Below the pieces are notes generated by a model. It searched no databases. It was not told where the DNA came from and worked only from the letters and a program-made list of their open reading frames with translations. From positions 64,001 to 128,000 of IMG/VR virus record IMGVR_UViG_3300020048_000027: a DNA stretch of 64,000 nucleotides; one strand, 5' to 3'. Positions 9,239 to 18,986 of this stretch are shown piece by piece (position 1 is the first letter of the stretch; the number at the start of each line of letters is the position of its first letter). This stretch comes from a virus. The position numbers were made by a program, and so were the translations under genes.

Positions 9239-9544
9239 TTACAAGTTTTCTCGCTCTTTTCTAAGTCTTTTTAACTCTTTTCCTATATGTTTTTTGGCTG
9301 ACATATCCCCAAGTTCGTCTGCATTTATATAGCTATCTTCTAAAATATGTATCTCATTTGTAACTTTAGTTAATTGTTCCTCAATCTCTAAAACTTGCAA
9401 CGTGCTATTAACTGCGCAAAAGGTTAATGCTTTGCCAAGTTTAGCAAATACCATATCAAAATCGTCATAACTAATTTTATCAGCGAAGTACATTTCTGTA
9501 AACACTTTGCCTAACTCTAGTAATTCTTTTTTTATTTCTTCCAT
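9239..9544 (-). CDS. modular hypothetical protein
   Basis: C-terminal module shared with 12500..12835. Confidence 0.7.
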   Translation of the reverse strand: MEEIKKELLELGKVFTEMYFADKISYDDFDMVFAKLGKALTFCAVNSTLQVLEIEEQLTKVTNEIHILEDSYINADELGDMSAKKHIGKELKRLRKERENL

Positions 9545-10185
9545 AATAATTAAATTTTGTATTTATTAAATCGCAATAACATTTTACGCTTATAGTTGTA
9601 GTTTATTACCGTTTTCTTAACCATTCTATACAATCAATGAAACCTTGTTTGTAAATTTCATCGTCTCTGTATGTTTGTAAAGTTTCTGTAAATCCTCTAT
9701 GTTTTTTTTTTAACTCTTTTTTCTATTTCCGAAAACTGTTCTTCTTCTGTCGGTAACAAAACCCCAACTAAATTATAACCATTATTTTCACTTTCTTTTT
9801 TATTTACGATATTTCCATATATGCTTTTTGCCATTTCTTTATTTTTTAAGTTTGTTAATATTCCTTTAAAACAATGGTTATACTCATCGTTATAAAACAT
9901 TTAAACTTTGTTGTAACCTGTCTATTTCTGCGATAAATATATCAATATTTACATCTATTTGTCTTTTTTCTAACTTAAGTAATTCTATTTGCTTATAGTT
10001 AAAGTCAATACTTTCTTGAATGTTTTTTTTGTCCATTTTTTAAACGTTTAATAACTATGCAAATAATTTATATTGCGTAGTCGGTTAGTATTCAGTTTTT
10101 GTTAATCAATTTAATTTATTTCAATATTTAAAATTCGTAATTCTTAGGCAATACAAATCATTTACTAATACAGTTAGCAGTAATA

Positions 10186-10407
10186 CTAACCTTCGTTCTC
10201 CCAAACAATAGATTTGTACATACTCTCTATTCTACTATGTAATGCGTTTGAAACTTCCATTTTGTTTCCAAGTGCTTCATTCGCACATTCAGCAGCAAAT
10301 CTTTTCGCTACATCTTCTGCATACATTTGCATTAATTCTTCCGTTGTAAAGTTTCCTTTAATTGAATTGTAAAACTCCTTTGCTGTTCTTAATTGATAAA
10401 TTCTCAT
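10186..10407 (-). CDS. cassette-encoded hypothetical protein
   Basis: Bounded by GTTAGCAGTAATAC and GTACTACTGCTAAC. Confidence 0.7.
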   Translation of the reverse strand: MRIYQLRTAKEFYNSIKGNFTTEELMQMYAEDVAKRFAAECANEALGNKMEVSNALHSRIESMYKSIVWENEG

Positions 10408-10784
10408 TTTATTTATATTTAGTTGTTAATAATCCGTACTACTGCTAACACCACCTATACGCAAGTTTTGTGAAAAACAAAACCTGACGTATAGCTGTAA
10501 CCGTTATGCGTAATTAAAGCCGACTTTTTATGTTTACGCTAATGGTTTTTAGGCTTTTTGTCTTTGCTTTACTTGCTATTTTCTGTAATGTTCCCTTTAA
10601 AATCGCATAACTCCGTATAAAAAATAAATTACATTTTTCTTTTAAAGTAACTTACTATTAGTAATCCTATTGCAAATCCAACTGCAATACCACCAATAAA
10701 AAATACTATCATTATTTCTATTTCTTCCATTTTATTATAATTTAAGTTAATTAACCATTCATTTTTTATACTATAAAGTTGTAG

Positions 10785-11084
10785 TTAATTGCCGTTGTCT
10801 TTTAACTTGTTTTTTAACCAATCAAAGCAAGCGTTAAATCCAAAAATATACTGTATACTTTCATTTCTGTTATTCACAAACTTGTTTGCAGTCAATCGTT
10901 CTAACTCCGATACCATTTGTTCTTTTGTCGGCAACGTAACACCAACTACGCATAAACGTATAAAATGCTCTACGTAATGCTTTAGTTCTTCTCCAGTAAA
11001 TTGAATCATAGCTATTTGCTTTAGGTTTGTTATTTCCTCTCCGTAAAAGCTTGTGTGTAATTTGCAAAATTCTTTTTTAGTCAT
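10785..11084 (-). CDS. modular hypothetical protein
   Basis: Reads through the core (LCVVGVTL). Confidence 0.65.
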   Translation of the reverse strand: MTKKEFCKLHTSFYGEEITNLKQIAMIQFTGEELKHYVEHFIRLCVVGVTLPTKEQMVSELERLTANKFVNNRNESIQYIFGFNACFDWLKNKLKDNGN

Positions 11085-11145
11085 AATATTTAGTATTTAT
11101 TAATTATTTTATACGTTTATACGTTTAAAGTTAGCAAACATAAAA

Positions 11146-11349
11146 TTATTCACACTCCACCTCGTCTTTTGAAAATGATATACCGTATGCTTTTGCAACA
11201 TCCCATTCAAAATCATTACCAGAATCAATTAAACTTCTTCTAATACCATTTTTTACTGTACGGTCGTTACAAAACCACCCACAATTAATAAATTGTCGTT
11301 TTACTTCTTCATCTCCTTTATAAAAAATAACTACACTTGGTAAACTCAT
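11146..11349 (-). CDS. cassette-encoded hypothetical protein (start MSLPSV)
   Basis: ORF inside segment 11130-11368. Confidence 0.6.
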   Translation of the reverse strand: MSLPSVVIFYKGDEEVKRQFINCGWFCNDRTVKNGIRRSLIDSGNDFEWDVAKAYGISFSKDEVECE

Positions 11350-11353
11350 AATT

Positions 11354-11584
11354 TTACGATTTGCTAACAAGGTATATATGCAATACCCTATTAAGGTTTA
11401 TATTAAATTTTAAAGTTCTCGGTACTCCGTGAAGGTCACAGAAGTAATGTATAATCTTATCAGTAAATGGTGAAAGATTACCATAATCACCTTGAAATAC
11501 ACCATTTTTAGCGGGAACTTTTCCTCTACGCTGGTCTTCAGTTAATAGATTGATACGTTCTTCCCAAGTTAATTCTCTTTCCAT
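11354..11584 (-). CDS. hypothetical protein
   Basis: ORF ending across an attC-like half-site; TACCTTTG box upstream. Confidence 0.6.
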   Translation of the reverse strand: MERELTWEERINLLTEDQRRGKVPAKNGVFQGDYGNLSPFTDKIIHYFCDLHGVPRTLKFNINLNRVLHIYLVSKS

Positions 11585-11696
11585 ATTCTATATTTTTTTA
11601 CAAAGGTAAAACAAATTAATGACAAAACCTAACAAAGAATATGTATCATTAAAACGAACACATATTCTCAAACGTTATGTGTAATAAAATAAAAAA

Positions 11697-11912
11697 TTAT
11701 TTACCATATCTACTATTAACAAAAACTCTATTCGCACCTATTGTAAGTGATAGTTGATTTTGTTCTTTCATAAGTATCTCAAATTGATTTTCTATTCTTA
11801 ACCTATCTAAATTAATTTTTAACATATTAACCAATTTATCCAACTCTGTATCTCTTTTTGAAGTTAGAAAATCAATTTGTTCTTTGTAATGTAGTTCGAG
11901 TTTTTGTTCCAT
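11697..11912 (-). CDS. cassette-encoded hypothetical protein
   Basis: ORF inside segment 11674-11946. Confidence 0.6.
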   Translation of the reverse strand: MEQKLELHYKEQIDFLTSKRDTELDKLVNMLKINLDRLRIENQFEILMKEQNQLSLTIGANRVFVNSRYGK

Positions 11913-12036
11913 TTGTATAATTTTTTATTTTACTAAATATATCAACAAATATAAGAAATAAATCTTACTTTGTCTATTTTTTAATGAAAAGATTTACTTC
12001 TCATATTTGTGACCGTTATAAGTAATAAAACAAAAA

Positions 12037-12216
12037 TTATGAGTTTTCATTTTTCTTTGTTCCATCCTCATTCCACTTTTTAAGAAACTCCTGATTTTCA
12101 GGTTTTGAAAGTTCTTCTTTCATCGCCTCGTCAAATTTATTTTGTATTTCAGTGTTTTGTTTATCTGTTAATGTATTCAAATCCTGAAAATCTTCTTTTG
12201 TTATTTTTGATTTCAT
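12037..12216 (-). CDS. cassette-encoded hypothetical protein (start MKSKIT)
   Basis: ORF inside segment 12015-12248. Confidence 0.6.
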   Translation of the reverse strand: MKSKITKEDFQDLNTLTDKQNTEIQNKFDEAMKEELSKPENQEFLKKWNEDGTKKNENS

Positions 12217-12499
12217 TTTATATAATTTTTGTTTTACATACTTATAACAAAGTGTAAAAAACATTAAAACAATTTTTTATACTCAACCGTTATAAGTAAT
12301 ATTATTTTTGTTTTGAATTTTTATAACTATCGTGTGTTTTATTAACAGCATCTTGAACACTTTCCATCCAAGTTCTGAATATTGGTCTGAAGTTAAATAT
12401 ACTCATCTCAGCATCCCAAATTACTTTTGGTATTTCAATTTTAATAATTTTTCGGTTTTTCATAATTTAATTTCGTATTCATTCATTTTAATTAATTTT

Positions 12500-12835
12500 T
12501 TAAAAGTTCATATTCTTAAAAGTTATGCGTAATTGCAGGTTTTCTCTTAATTTTCTAAGTCTTTTTAACTCTTTGCCTATGTGTTTTTTAGCGGATATAT
12601 CATCACATTCGTCTGCATTTATATAGCTATCTTCTAACTCATATATTTGTTGTGTTAGGGATTTTTCCCCCAATGAACCAACCTTTAACTTTCCGCTAAC
12701 TGCGCTTAAATTTGATTGCTCGTTATGGTATTCTTCGGCAATATTTGCACATTGACTTGCTATTAATTCTTTCCTTGGGTTTGTATCTAACCACTTTTGG
12801 AATTTCGCTATTAATTTTTTTCTATCTTCTGTCAT
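12500..12835 (-). CDS. modular hypothetical protein
   Basis: Shares the EDSYINADE..SAKKHIGKELKRLRK module with 9239..9544. Confidence 0.7.
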   Translation of the reverse strand: MTEDRKKLIAKFQKWLDTNPRKELIASQCANIAEEYHNEQSNLSAVSGKLKVGSLGEKSLTQQIYELEDSYINADECDDISAKKHIGKELKRLRKLRENLQLRITFKNMNF

Positions 12836-12933
12836 AATTTTTAAATTTTGTCTTTTATTTATTGTTTTTAAATTCTAGTTTCTATTAACCACCCGCCCAA
12901 ACTAATAAGTATATACTGTACCCTCTAAAATTC

Positions 12934-13218
12934 TTAGAAATTATTATCATAAAAGTCATCATTACTACCAAAAATTGGTAAAGATAGAAATGCTATTACT
13001 AAACCTAAAACTATATGTATCCTCCAAGCATGCATTCCAGGTAATAATTCACCTGAATAATAATATAATTGGAGAAATCCCCAATAAGAAGCATTAGGGT
13101 CAAGAACATTTAGTATCCAAAATATAGTGAACATTAATAGTGCAAATAAGGGTATAATAGATGATACGAAAACATACCCCAATAATACTCTACTTATATA
13201 ATTTTCTATTTTTTTCAT
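12934..13218 (-). CDS. membrane protein
   Basis: Two hydrophobic segments. Confidence 0.6.
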   Translation of the reverse strand: MKKIENYISRVLLGYVFVSSIIPLFALLMFTIFWILNVLDPNASYWGFLQLYYYSGELLPGMHAWRIHIVLGLVIAFLSLPIFGSNDDFYDNNF

Positions 13219-13417
13219 ATTTTAGTTTTCTTCTGCTAAATATATAGTAATAATCATTGCAGGGATCCACATTATTAAAATTGTACCAAGCCAACCATCT
13301 TCTACTTTATATGCTAAATATATAGGAAGAGCTAACCAAATTACAAGAAATGTAATTACATCTCTGAGTCTTGTCCAATAGTTCATTTTTTATGTTTTAA
13401 ATAATTTTCTAAAAATT

Positions 13418-13885
13418 TCATGGTTTTAATTTATTATACAAGTCTTCAACAATAGCTCCTATTAAACCTCTACGATTTGTGATATCATATAATGTAAACC
13501 CTCTTCGTAACAATTTATCTGTTACATAACTCTCCAGATATGCAATTTCTAACCCTATATTAACAACATCTTCATTCTTAACTTTAATTAAGAATTCACT
13601 ACAAGTTCTAAATTGTGCTTTACCAAAACTTACCCTAGCATCCTGGATATAACCTGTTTTATAACCTGGAACTATAAAGTTTGTAATGCCAACTTCTAAA
13701 ACTGTACCAACTATATCTTCTAACTTTTTAGTTGAGCCTGTTTCATCAGGGTATTGGTTTACAATATAGAAATCTCCTTTAACCCCAATACAACTTAGGG
13801 ATGAACCATCTATGATTTTAACTTGGTCACCAACCTTGATTGAAGGGTTGGTATGACTCTTTACTTCGAAACTATTTTTTTCCAT
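13418..13885 (-). CDS. hypothetical protein
   Basis: ORF. Confidence 0.7.
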   Translation of the reverse strand: MEKNSFEVKSHTNPSIKVGDQVKIIDGSSLSCIGVKGDFYIVNQYPDETGSTKKLEDIVGTVLEVGITNFIVPGYKTGYIQDARVSFGKAQFRTCSEFLIKVKNEDVVNIGLEIAYLESYVTDKLLRRGFTLYDITNRRGLIGAIVEDLYNKLKP

Positions 13886-14061
13886 AATTATTTTTTTACT
13901 CCATTAATAAATTTTCCTACTGCCTCACCTGCCCCTTCAGGGTCAGATATTAAATTGTAACCAATATAGGCGTAGAATGCCCAACTAGCTAAAATTCCGA
14001 TTAATGTTATTACAAACATTATATTAAATATTTTGGAAAAGTTTCTATGATTTATCATAAC

Positions 14062-14319
14062 TTATTTCTTTTTAAATTGTTCAAATAAATCTTTTAATAA
14101 TTTTCTCCCAGTTTTTAAATCTAACATTTTTATATTAGTTCTTTTTAACATTGCAGAATTAGCTAATTCTAATAGATATTTACCAAACTCTAACATTTCT
14201 TCCTCACTGTACATTCTTTCAGCTTGCCAGTTAGCACCGTCAATAAGACCATCCTTATAATCTCCCTTTGGAAATTTTTTAGTAGCTTTTTCTATTGTTT
14301 CTTGTTTTTTGTTCTTCAT
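14062..14319 (-). CDS. hypothetical protein, paralog of the C-terminus of 14321..15133
   Basis: KQET.E.A / GA.WQ.ER.YSEE / FEQFKKK motifs. Confidence 0.65.
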   Translation of the reverse strand: MKNKKQETIEKATKKFPKGDYKDGLIDGANWQAERMYSEEEMLEFGKYLLELANSAMLKRTNIKMLDLKTGRKLLKDLFEQFKKK

Positions 14320-14320
14320 C

Positions 14321-15133
14321 TTATTTCTTTTTAAATTGTTCAAACCATTCTTTAAAAGATTTAGGTTTATAATCTATCTTACCTTCCCAATCAAGATTTG
14401 CTTTTTGTGATTGTATTAATTCTTCATAACTTCTACCTGCTTCAAATGATTTTTCCATATCTTCTTCACTATAACTTCTTTCTTGTTGCCATTTAGCACC
14501 TAATTTAAAAGATGCAAAATCAAACTCTGTAAAATCAATTGAATTATATATTTTGTCAAAGGCTTCTTCAAGTGTTTCTTGTTTAGGTTTTTTACATTTA
14601 ACATTTACAAATCCTCTACACTCTGTATCACAAATGCATTCACTTTGATATTCTTGTTTAGATTCTTCTTTTGGAATGATGATTTTGTATAAATCTATAT
14701 ATTCATCTTTTTCTAAGTCAACATACTCATCATTTACAACATCAACACTATCACAACTTTTATTCTTAATAAACCATTCTAAAAACTCATCATCAATATC
14801 TTGTACACCATCTTTGATTAAGTCTTGGTCTGTTGTTAAGATTATTTTTTTATAAAACTCCAAATGACACTGCGGAGATGGAGATTGTTTACTAATAGTA
14901 CCGTCATCTGTAAATGATTTAATCTTATCATTGTTTAATTTTGTTACAAATCGAAGACCTCCATTCGTAATTACCCAATCACCTTCTTTAATTTCTTCTG
15001 AATTAGTGATGTAGATGTGAAACCCTTTAAATTCCCCGTATCTAATTTTTTCTATAATGGAAAAGTGTAATCCATTTTGTAACTCGAATATACCTGTTGG
15101 TTTATCTGTTGGTACTATGTGTATGTTTTTCAT
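14321..15133 (-). CDS. modular hypothetical protein
   Basis: 270-aa ORF. Confidence 0.7.
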   Translation of the reverse strand: MKNIHIVPTDKPTGIFELQNGLHFSIIEKIRYGEFKGFHIYITNSEEIKEGDWVITNGGLRFVTKLNNDKIKSFTDDGTISKQSPSPQCHLEFYKKIILTTDQDLIKDGVQDIDDEFLEWFIKNKSCDSVDVVNDEYVDLEKDEYIDLYKIIIPKEESKQEYQSECICDTECRGFVNVKCKKPKQETLEEAFDKIYNSIDFTEFDFASFKLGAKWQQERSYSEEDMEKSFEAGRSYEELIQSQKANLDWEGKIDYKPKSFKEWFEQFKKK

Positions 15134-15479
15134 AATTCTAATTTTTATTTTTTAGCAGCCCATTTAGCTAGTCTGTATGCTATGTACCACATGGCAATAA
15201 TAATGGTAAACTCTAATAGTGTTTTCATAATTTTTGTTTCATATGTTCTTGAAGTTCCTTCATTTTATCTAAGGAGTTTTGTAAGTTATCAAAGTCAAAC
15301 AGTTCCCAATTAGAAATAAAAGGAATTATGTACTTTACTTCCTTACTAAGTAATTCGTAGTTTTTAAAATCTGTATCCATATGTTTAATTTTTAACTATA
15401 CCTAAATATATGAAAAAATCCCTTATAAAACTACTATTTACAGGGATTTTTATTACAGTATTATTAAAAGTTTGTATGT

Positions 15480-16040
15480 CTAAGGCTGTTCTTGCATTCT
15501 GTAAGGTTCTCCTATTCTCTCTACAACCGATACAGCTTCCTTTACCGATATGTTAAAAAACTCTTTCTTTTTATTTACCCTAAATCCATGGTACTCTAGG
15601 TAACTGTGTATCTCTCCTTCAAGGTCATGGGCATTAAAGCAAGGAAACTGATAACATACGTCAAAGTCTATAGCGACACCTGTAGCAGAGTTTATTTGCT
15701 TTACTCTCTCGGTAGGTTTACTTTTAGTAAAACCTATCTTACATAAGCCAGGCATAGCTTTATTAGTAAGTATATAAATGTACTGACTTCCTACTAGCCC
15801 TTTAGGAATTTTAATATTTTTGGACCTGTTTGTATAGTAAGTAACATCCTCCCAGCCTTCTTCTGCTGGATACTTCTTATTATTAGAGGGTGTTAGTGTG
15901 TAATACCTGGTAGGCATGTTAAGTTGATCTTCTTTACATGAGATAAAATCTTCCGCTATAAAGCTGTTTATTCTACTTATATCCGGTATGTTACTATTAT
16001 TTGCCATCTTGTTTAGTGTTGCGGTACTTCCCACAATCAC
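15480..16040 (-). CDS. T5orf172/GIY-YIG-like domain protein
   Basis: YIYILTN...KIGFT...ERVKQIN...E.EIH...KEFF; start uncertain. Confidence 0.75.
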   Translation of the reverse strand: MIVGSTATLNKMANNSNIPDISRINSFIAEDFISCKEDQLNMPTRYYTLTPSNNKKYPAEEGWEDVTYYTNRSKNIKIPKGLVGSQYIYILTNKAMPGLCKIGFTKSKPTERVKQINSATGVAIDFDVCYQFPCFNAHDLEGEIHSYLEYHGFRVNKKKEFFNISVKEAVSVVERIGEPYRMQEQP

Positions 16041-16645
16041 ATTCTTCTGTTACTTCGTAAAATAGTGATTTAATAACTCTTATACGGTCCTCCTGGTTTT
16101 CCTCTCTAGCTAGAATATACTTCTTTCCTAGAAATTCTTGTACCATTCTAATTTCTGCTTGACTCATTCACTACCTTATTTATGTTTAAATAATTCGCAT
16201 GTATAATCTCTACTAGGTATTAGTGTAGTAAATGTTTCTTTAAAACTATTACGTTTAGGATGATTACATCTCATACCTAATCCTAATGCAATCAAATGTA
16301 CTACATACTTACAGTTTATACAGACTTCTTTACTATTACTTTCCATAGGGTATTGACTTCTGATTAGCTTGCTAGGCTATTCTGCAAAGTCTGATTTTTT
16401 ATTTTTATAAGGTGGATTGCCACTTTTCCAACTTCCATCTTTTTGAGGTGTCTCTCTTGACTTATATTCTTTTGTCAATCTTCCTGCTAAAATTAGCAAC
16501 ACTGCCATAACTAATACTAAAACTAATATGCTCATATTTTTTAATTTAATTTAATTTAATTTAATTTAAGATTTATATATAATGTAAAATACCTAAGGTA
16601 GTATAGCAACTATATTGTAAGGTTACAACTTTACCGCTATATCTT

Positions 16646-16981
16646 TTAAAGACTCTCCCTACAGAGTTTATATTCACTATTCTGCGTTTTAAAATGCACT
16701 AAACTATCTGATTTACTTATAATCTCAGTGATAGGTGTGGTCATCCATGTATAAGTAATTGAGAAAGGAGACATAATTAGACTGTACCCTATGCACGGTT
16801 CTTCATGTTCTTTTTCAACTCCCCCAGATGAGTGCCACTCTATCCATGATATAGCTTCTGAATATTTAACTAGCTGGTCTTCTCTTCGGAATAGCTTCCA
16901 ACGAAAAGCTGTACCTTCTATATTTAGTCTACCTAGACTATCTACTGCAATGTTAAATTTATGTTGTTTAATTTTTGACAT
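16646..16981 (-). CDS. hypothetical protein
   Basis: ORF. Confidence 0.65.
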   Translation of the reverse strand: MSKIKQHKFNIAVDSLGRLNIEGTAFRWKLFRREDQLVKYSEAISWIEWHSSGGVEKEHEEPCIGYSLIMSPFSITYTWMTTPITEIISKSDSLVHFKTQNSEYKLCRESL

Positions 16982-16996
16982 AGTATTTAGAAGTTA

Positions 16997-17131
16997 TTAT
17001 TGTTTTCTTAACTGTTTTTTATATCCGTACGGGCAATGCTTACATCCATTTTTACAACAAAATCCTCTTCCCTCTAAAAACTCTTTAGTAAATACGTACT
17101 TTCCGTCTTCGTCTATAATGTAGTCAGCCAT
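16997..17131 (-). CDS. small Cys-rich protein (DUF5522-like), not in the ORF track
   Basis: MADYIIDEDGKYVFTKEFLEGRGFCCKNGCKHCPYGYKKQLRKQ. Confidence 0.7.
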   Translation of the reverse strand: MADYIIDEDGKYVFTKEFLEGRGFCCKNGCKHCPYGYKKQLRKQ

Positions 17132-17356
17132 GCTTGTTACTATGAATATATTAACATCTGTTCATCTGTTGTTAAACTACGTAATCTTCTCCGTACTACC
17201 CTTCCTCTCGGTTTTTTTGATAACTGTTGATATATTCTTCCTTCAATTTCTATAGTACTATCGTTTATTACTATATCTTGTATTTTTAAATTTACTTTTA
17301 CGATAGGAACATATACTGTTTGATTTACGTTTTGCATTTATTTTGGAGTTTAAATT

Positions 17357-17659
17357 TTATAATTTATTTTTTACTACCTTTGAAAGTAACTGCCAGGTAT
17401 CTATGCATTCATCCGAACAGTTAAGTTCCTCATAATGTTTTAGACAGTTTTCCAACGCTGTCTTCCATTGCTTAGCTGGAAGAGATATTTCGTAAGATAG
17501 ATCTGTGTTTTCAAAGGATACTTGAAACATTATAGCTGTTTTTTTACCTTGCTCTATTGCTTCAGTTATCGCTTCTATAATAGCGTCTGTGACTTCTTTA
17601 GATTTTTTTGAGAATAATTTCTCAAACCCGTCTGGAGTTGTAAAGTTTAATTCTTTCAT
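17357..17659 (-). CDS. hypothetical protein
   Basis: ORF with promoter copy. Confidence 0.65.
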   Translation of the reverse strand: MKELNFTTPDGFEKLFSKKSKEVTDAIIEAITEAIEQGKKTAIMFQVSFENTDLSYEISLPAKQWKTALENCLKHYEELNCSDECIDTWQLLSKVVKNKL

Positions 17660-17865
17660 TTAGTATATTTTTTATCTCTTATTACATCTAAATATACGAA
17701 TTTTTAGTAAGAAAAACAACTATTCTAAAAGAAATCTAACCAATCCGTATTCATTTTTTTTTCTTTTAACTTTCCATTACGTTCAGATAACTTTACTAAA
17801 GTGTCGGCTAATTTATCTTCTCGAGATTTCTTTTTCGAAAAATGTTTTTTTATATCTTTTTTCAT

Positions 17866-18510
17866 TTACAGTCTACTTATATACTCTTCCCCCGGTCTCT
17901 TATCATCATCCTCAAAAAGTCCTAATGATTTAAGATGTTCTATATGGTGTTCATCTAACTGCCAATCTATGTCCGGTGTAATTCGATCTACAAAGTCCTC
18001 CATAGCTTCAACTTGTTTTTCTGTAATGGCAGAAGCTGCATATAGAAATGAACAATTATAACATAGAAACTCTAAATTTTCAAAAAGAAAGTTATTAGTA
18101 TTTCCATCCTTATGACTAAGTATTAAAGGTACTTTAGTATCTATTACTCTTCTTTCTACAAACCCACACTTGTTACACTTCTCTTCTAATACTCCTTCTA
18201 GTATTATTCTTTGTTTAAGTTTCTGAGGGCTAAAATGTTCTGCAGGAACTCTTCCTTCTACTATATCAAGTAATGCTGGCTGTTTATCCTTACTTGTTAA
18301 AAACTTAGGTATTCCTACTCCTGCTTGATTTTTATGAAGTTCGTGTAAACTGCTGCCGGTTTCTTCATCCTTGTACATTTTAGCATACTCTGCATAATGC
18401 GGGTAAGAGACATGGCAGTATCTTGCAGCTGCAAAATTAGAACGGGTCATTTTCATGGCCCGTAATACTGTCTCTTTTGATAATATCTTTGAAGGTCTAC
18501 CTCTTCCCAT
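17866..18510 (-). CDS. HNH endonuclease-domain protein
   Basis: CNKCG...HKDGNTNN...NLEFLCYNC. Confidence 0.7.
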   Translation of the reverse strand: MGRGRPSKILSKETVLRAMKMTRSNFAAARYCHVSYPHYAEYAKMYKDEETGSSLHELHKNQAGVGIPKFLTSKDKQPALLDIVEGRVPAEHFSPQKLKQRIILEGVLEEKCNKCGFVERRVIDTKVPLILSHKDGNTNNFLFENLEFLCYNCSFLYAASAITEKQVEAMEDFVDRITPDIDWQLDEHHIEHLKSLGLFEDDDKRPGEEYISRL

Positions 18511-18534
18511 TATTTGAATAACCTTTTAATCTTA

Positions 18535-18933
18535 CTAATCTATGTCCTCACTATCACTATCGTCATCGTTATCACTACCGTTATCGCTATCGCTATCGTT
18601 ACTGGTATCACTATCGTCTTCGAGCACTTTGCTTATTCTCTCTCTTACTACCTGGTCAACTTCAAATTCTTCCATTGAGTCTACATCGGAAGGTATGTGA
18701 AACTTTTTACCTCTTATTTCTGCTTCCCGTTTAGCAATTGCATTGGCAGTTGACTGTTCAAGTATAATCAGTCCATTCCACGTATGGTCTCCTACTCCTT
18801 CTACAGTAGTTATTCCTACCTTTGCCTCTATTGTTGAACAATCAACACAGAAGTTGTACCCATACTTAGTCTTTCTAAGTTCCGGAAAATCTTGTTTACA
18901 TTTTGGACAAGGTATCATTTTCAGTTCTTGCAT
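18535..18933 (-). CDS. zinc-finger protein with acidic Asp/Ser tail
   Basis: CPKC...CVDC; DS repeats. Confidence 0.65.
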   Translation of the reverse strand: MQELKMIPCPKCKQDFPELRKTKYGYNFCVDCSTIEAKVGITTVEGVGDHTWNGLIILEQSTANAIAKREAEIRGKKFHIPSDVDSMEEFEVDQVVRERISKVLEDDSDTSNDSDSDNGSDNDDDSDSEDID

Positions 18934-18986
18934 ATAACCTATTTTTATTTATACCTAAATGTACGATCTTTTCTTAACATATACAA

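Larger units (their letters stand above)
8583..12700 (-). mobile_element. Array of about 12 integron attC-like sites with gene cassettes; no integrase in the window (CALIN-like)
   Basis: ...AAC / GTT... bounded imperfect palindromes at ~8583-8888, 9041-9236, 9406-9601, 9762-9895, 10049-10179, 10443-10509, 10605-10784, 10940-11136, 11627-11680, 11940-12021 and 12242-12295, with half-sites at 11362, 12522 and 12694. The ends of each inter-site segment are mutually complementary. Confidence 0.7.

Noticed and set aside
16539-16569. (TTAAT)n microsatellite
   Set aside because: A short low-complexity AT repeat in a leader, with no evidence of function.
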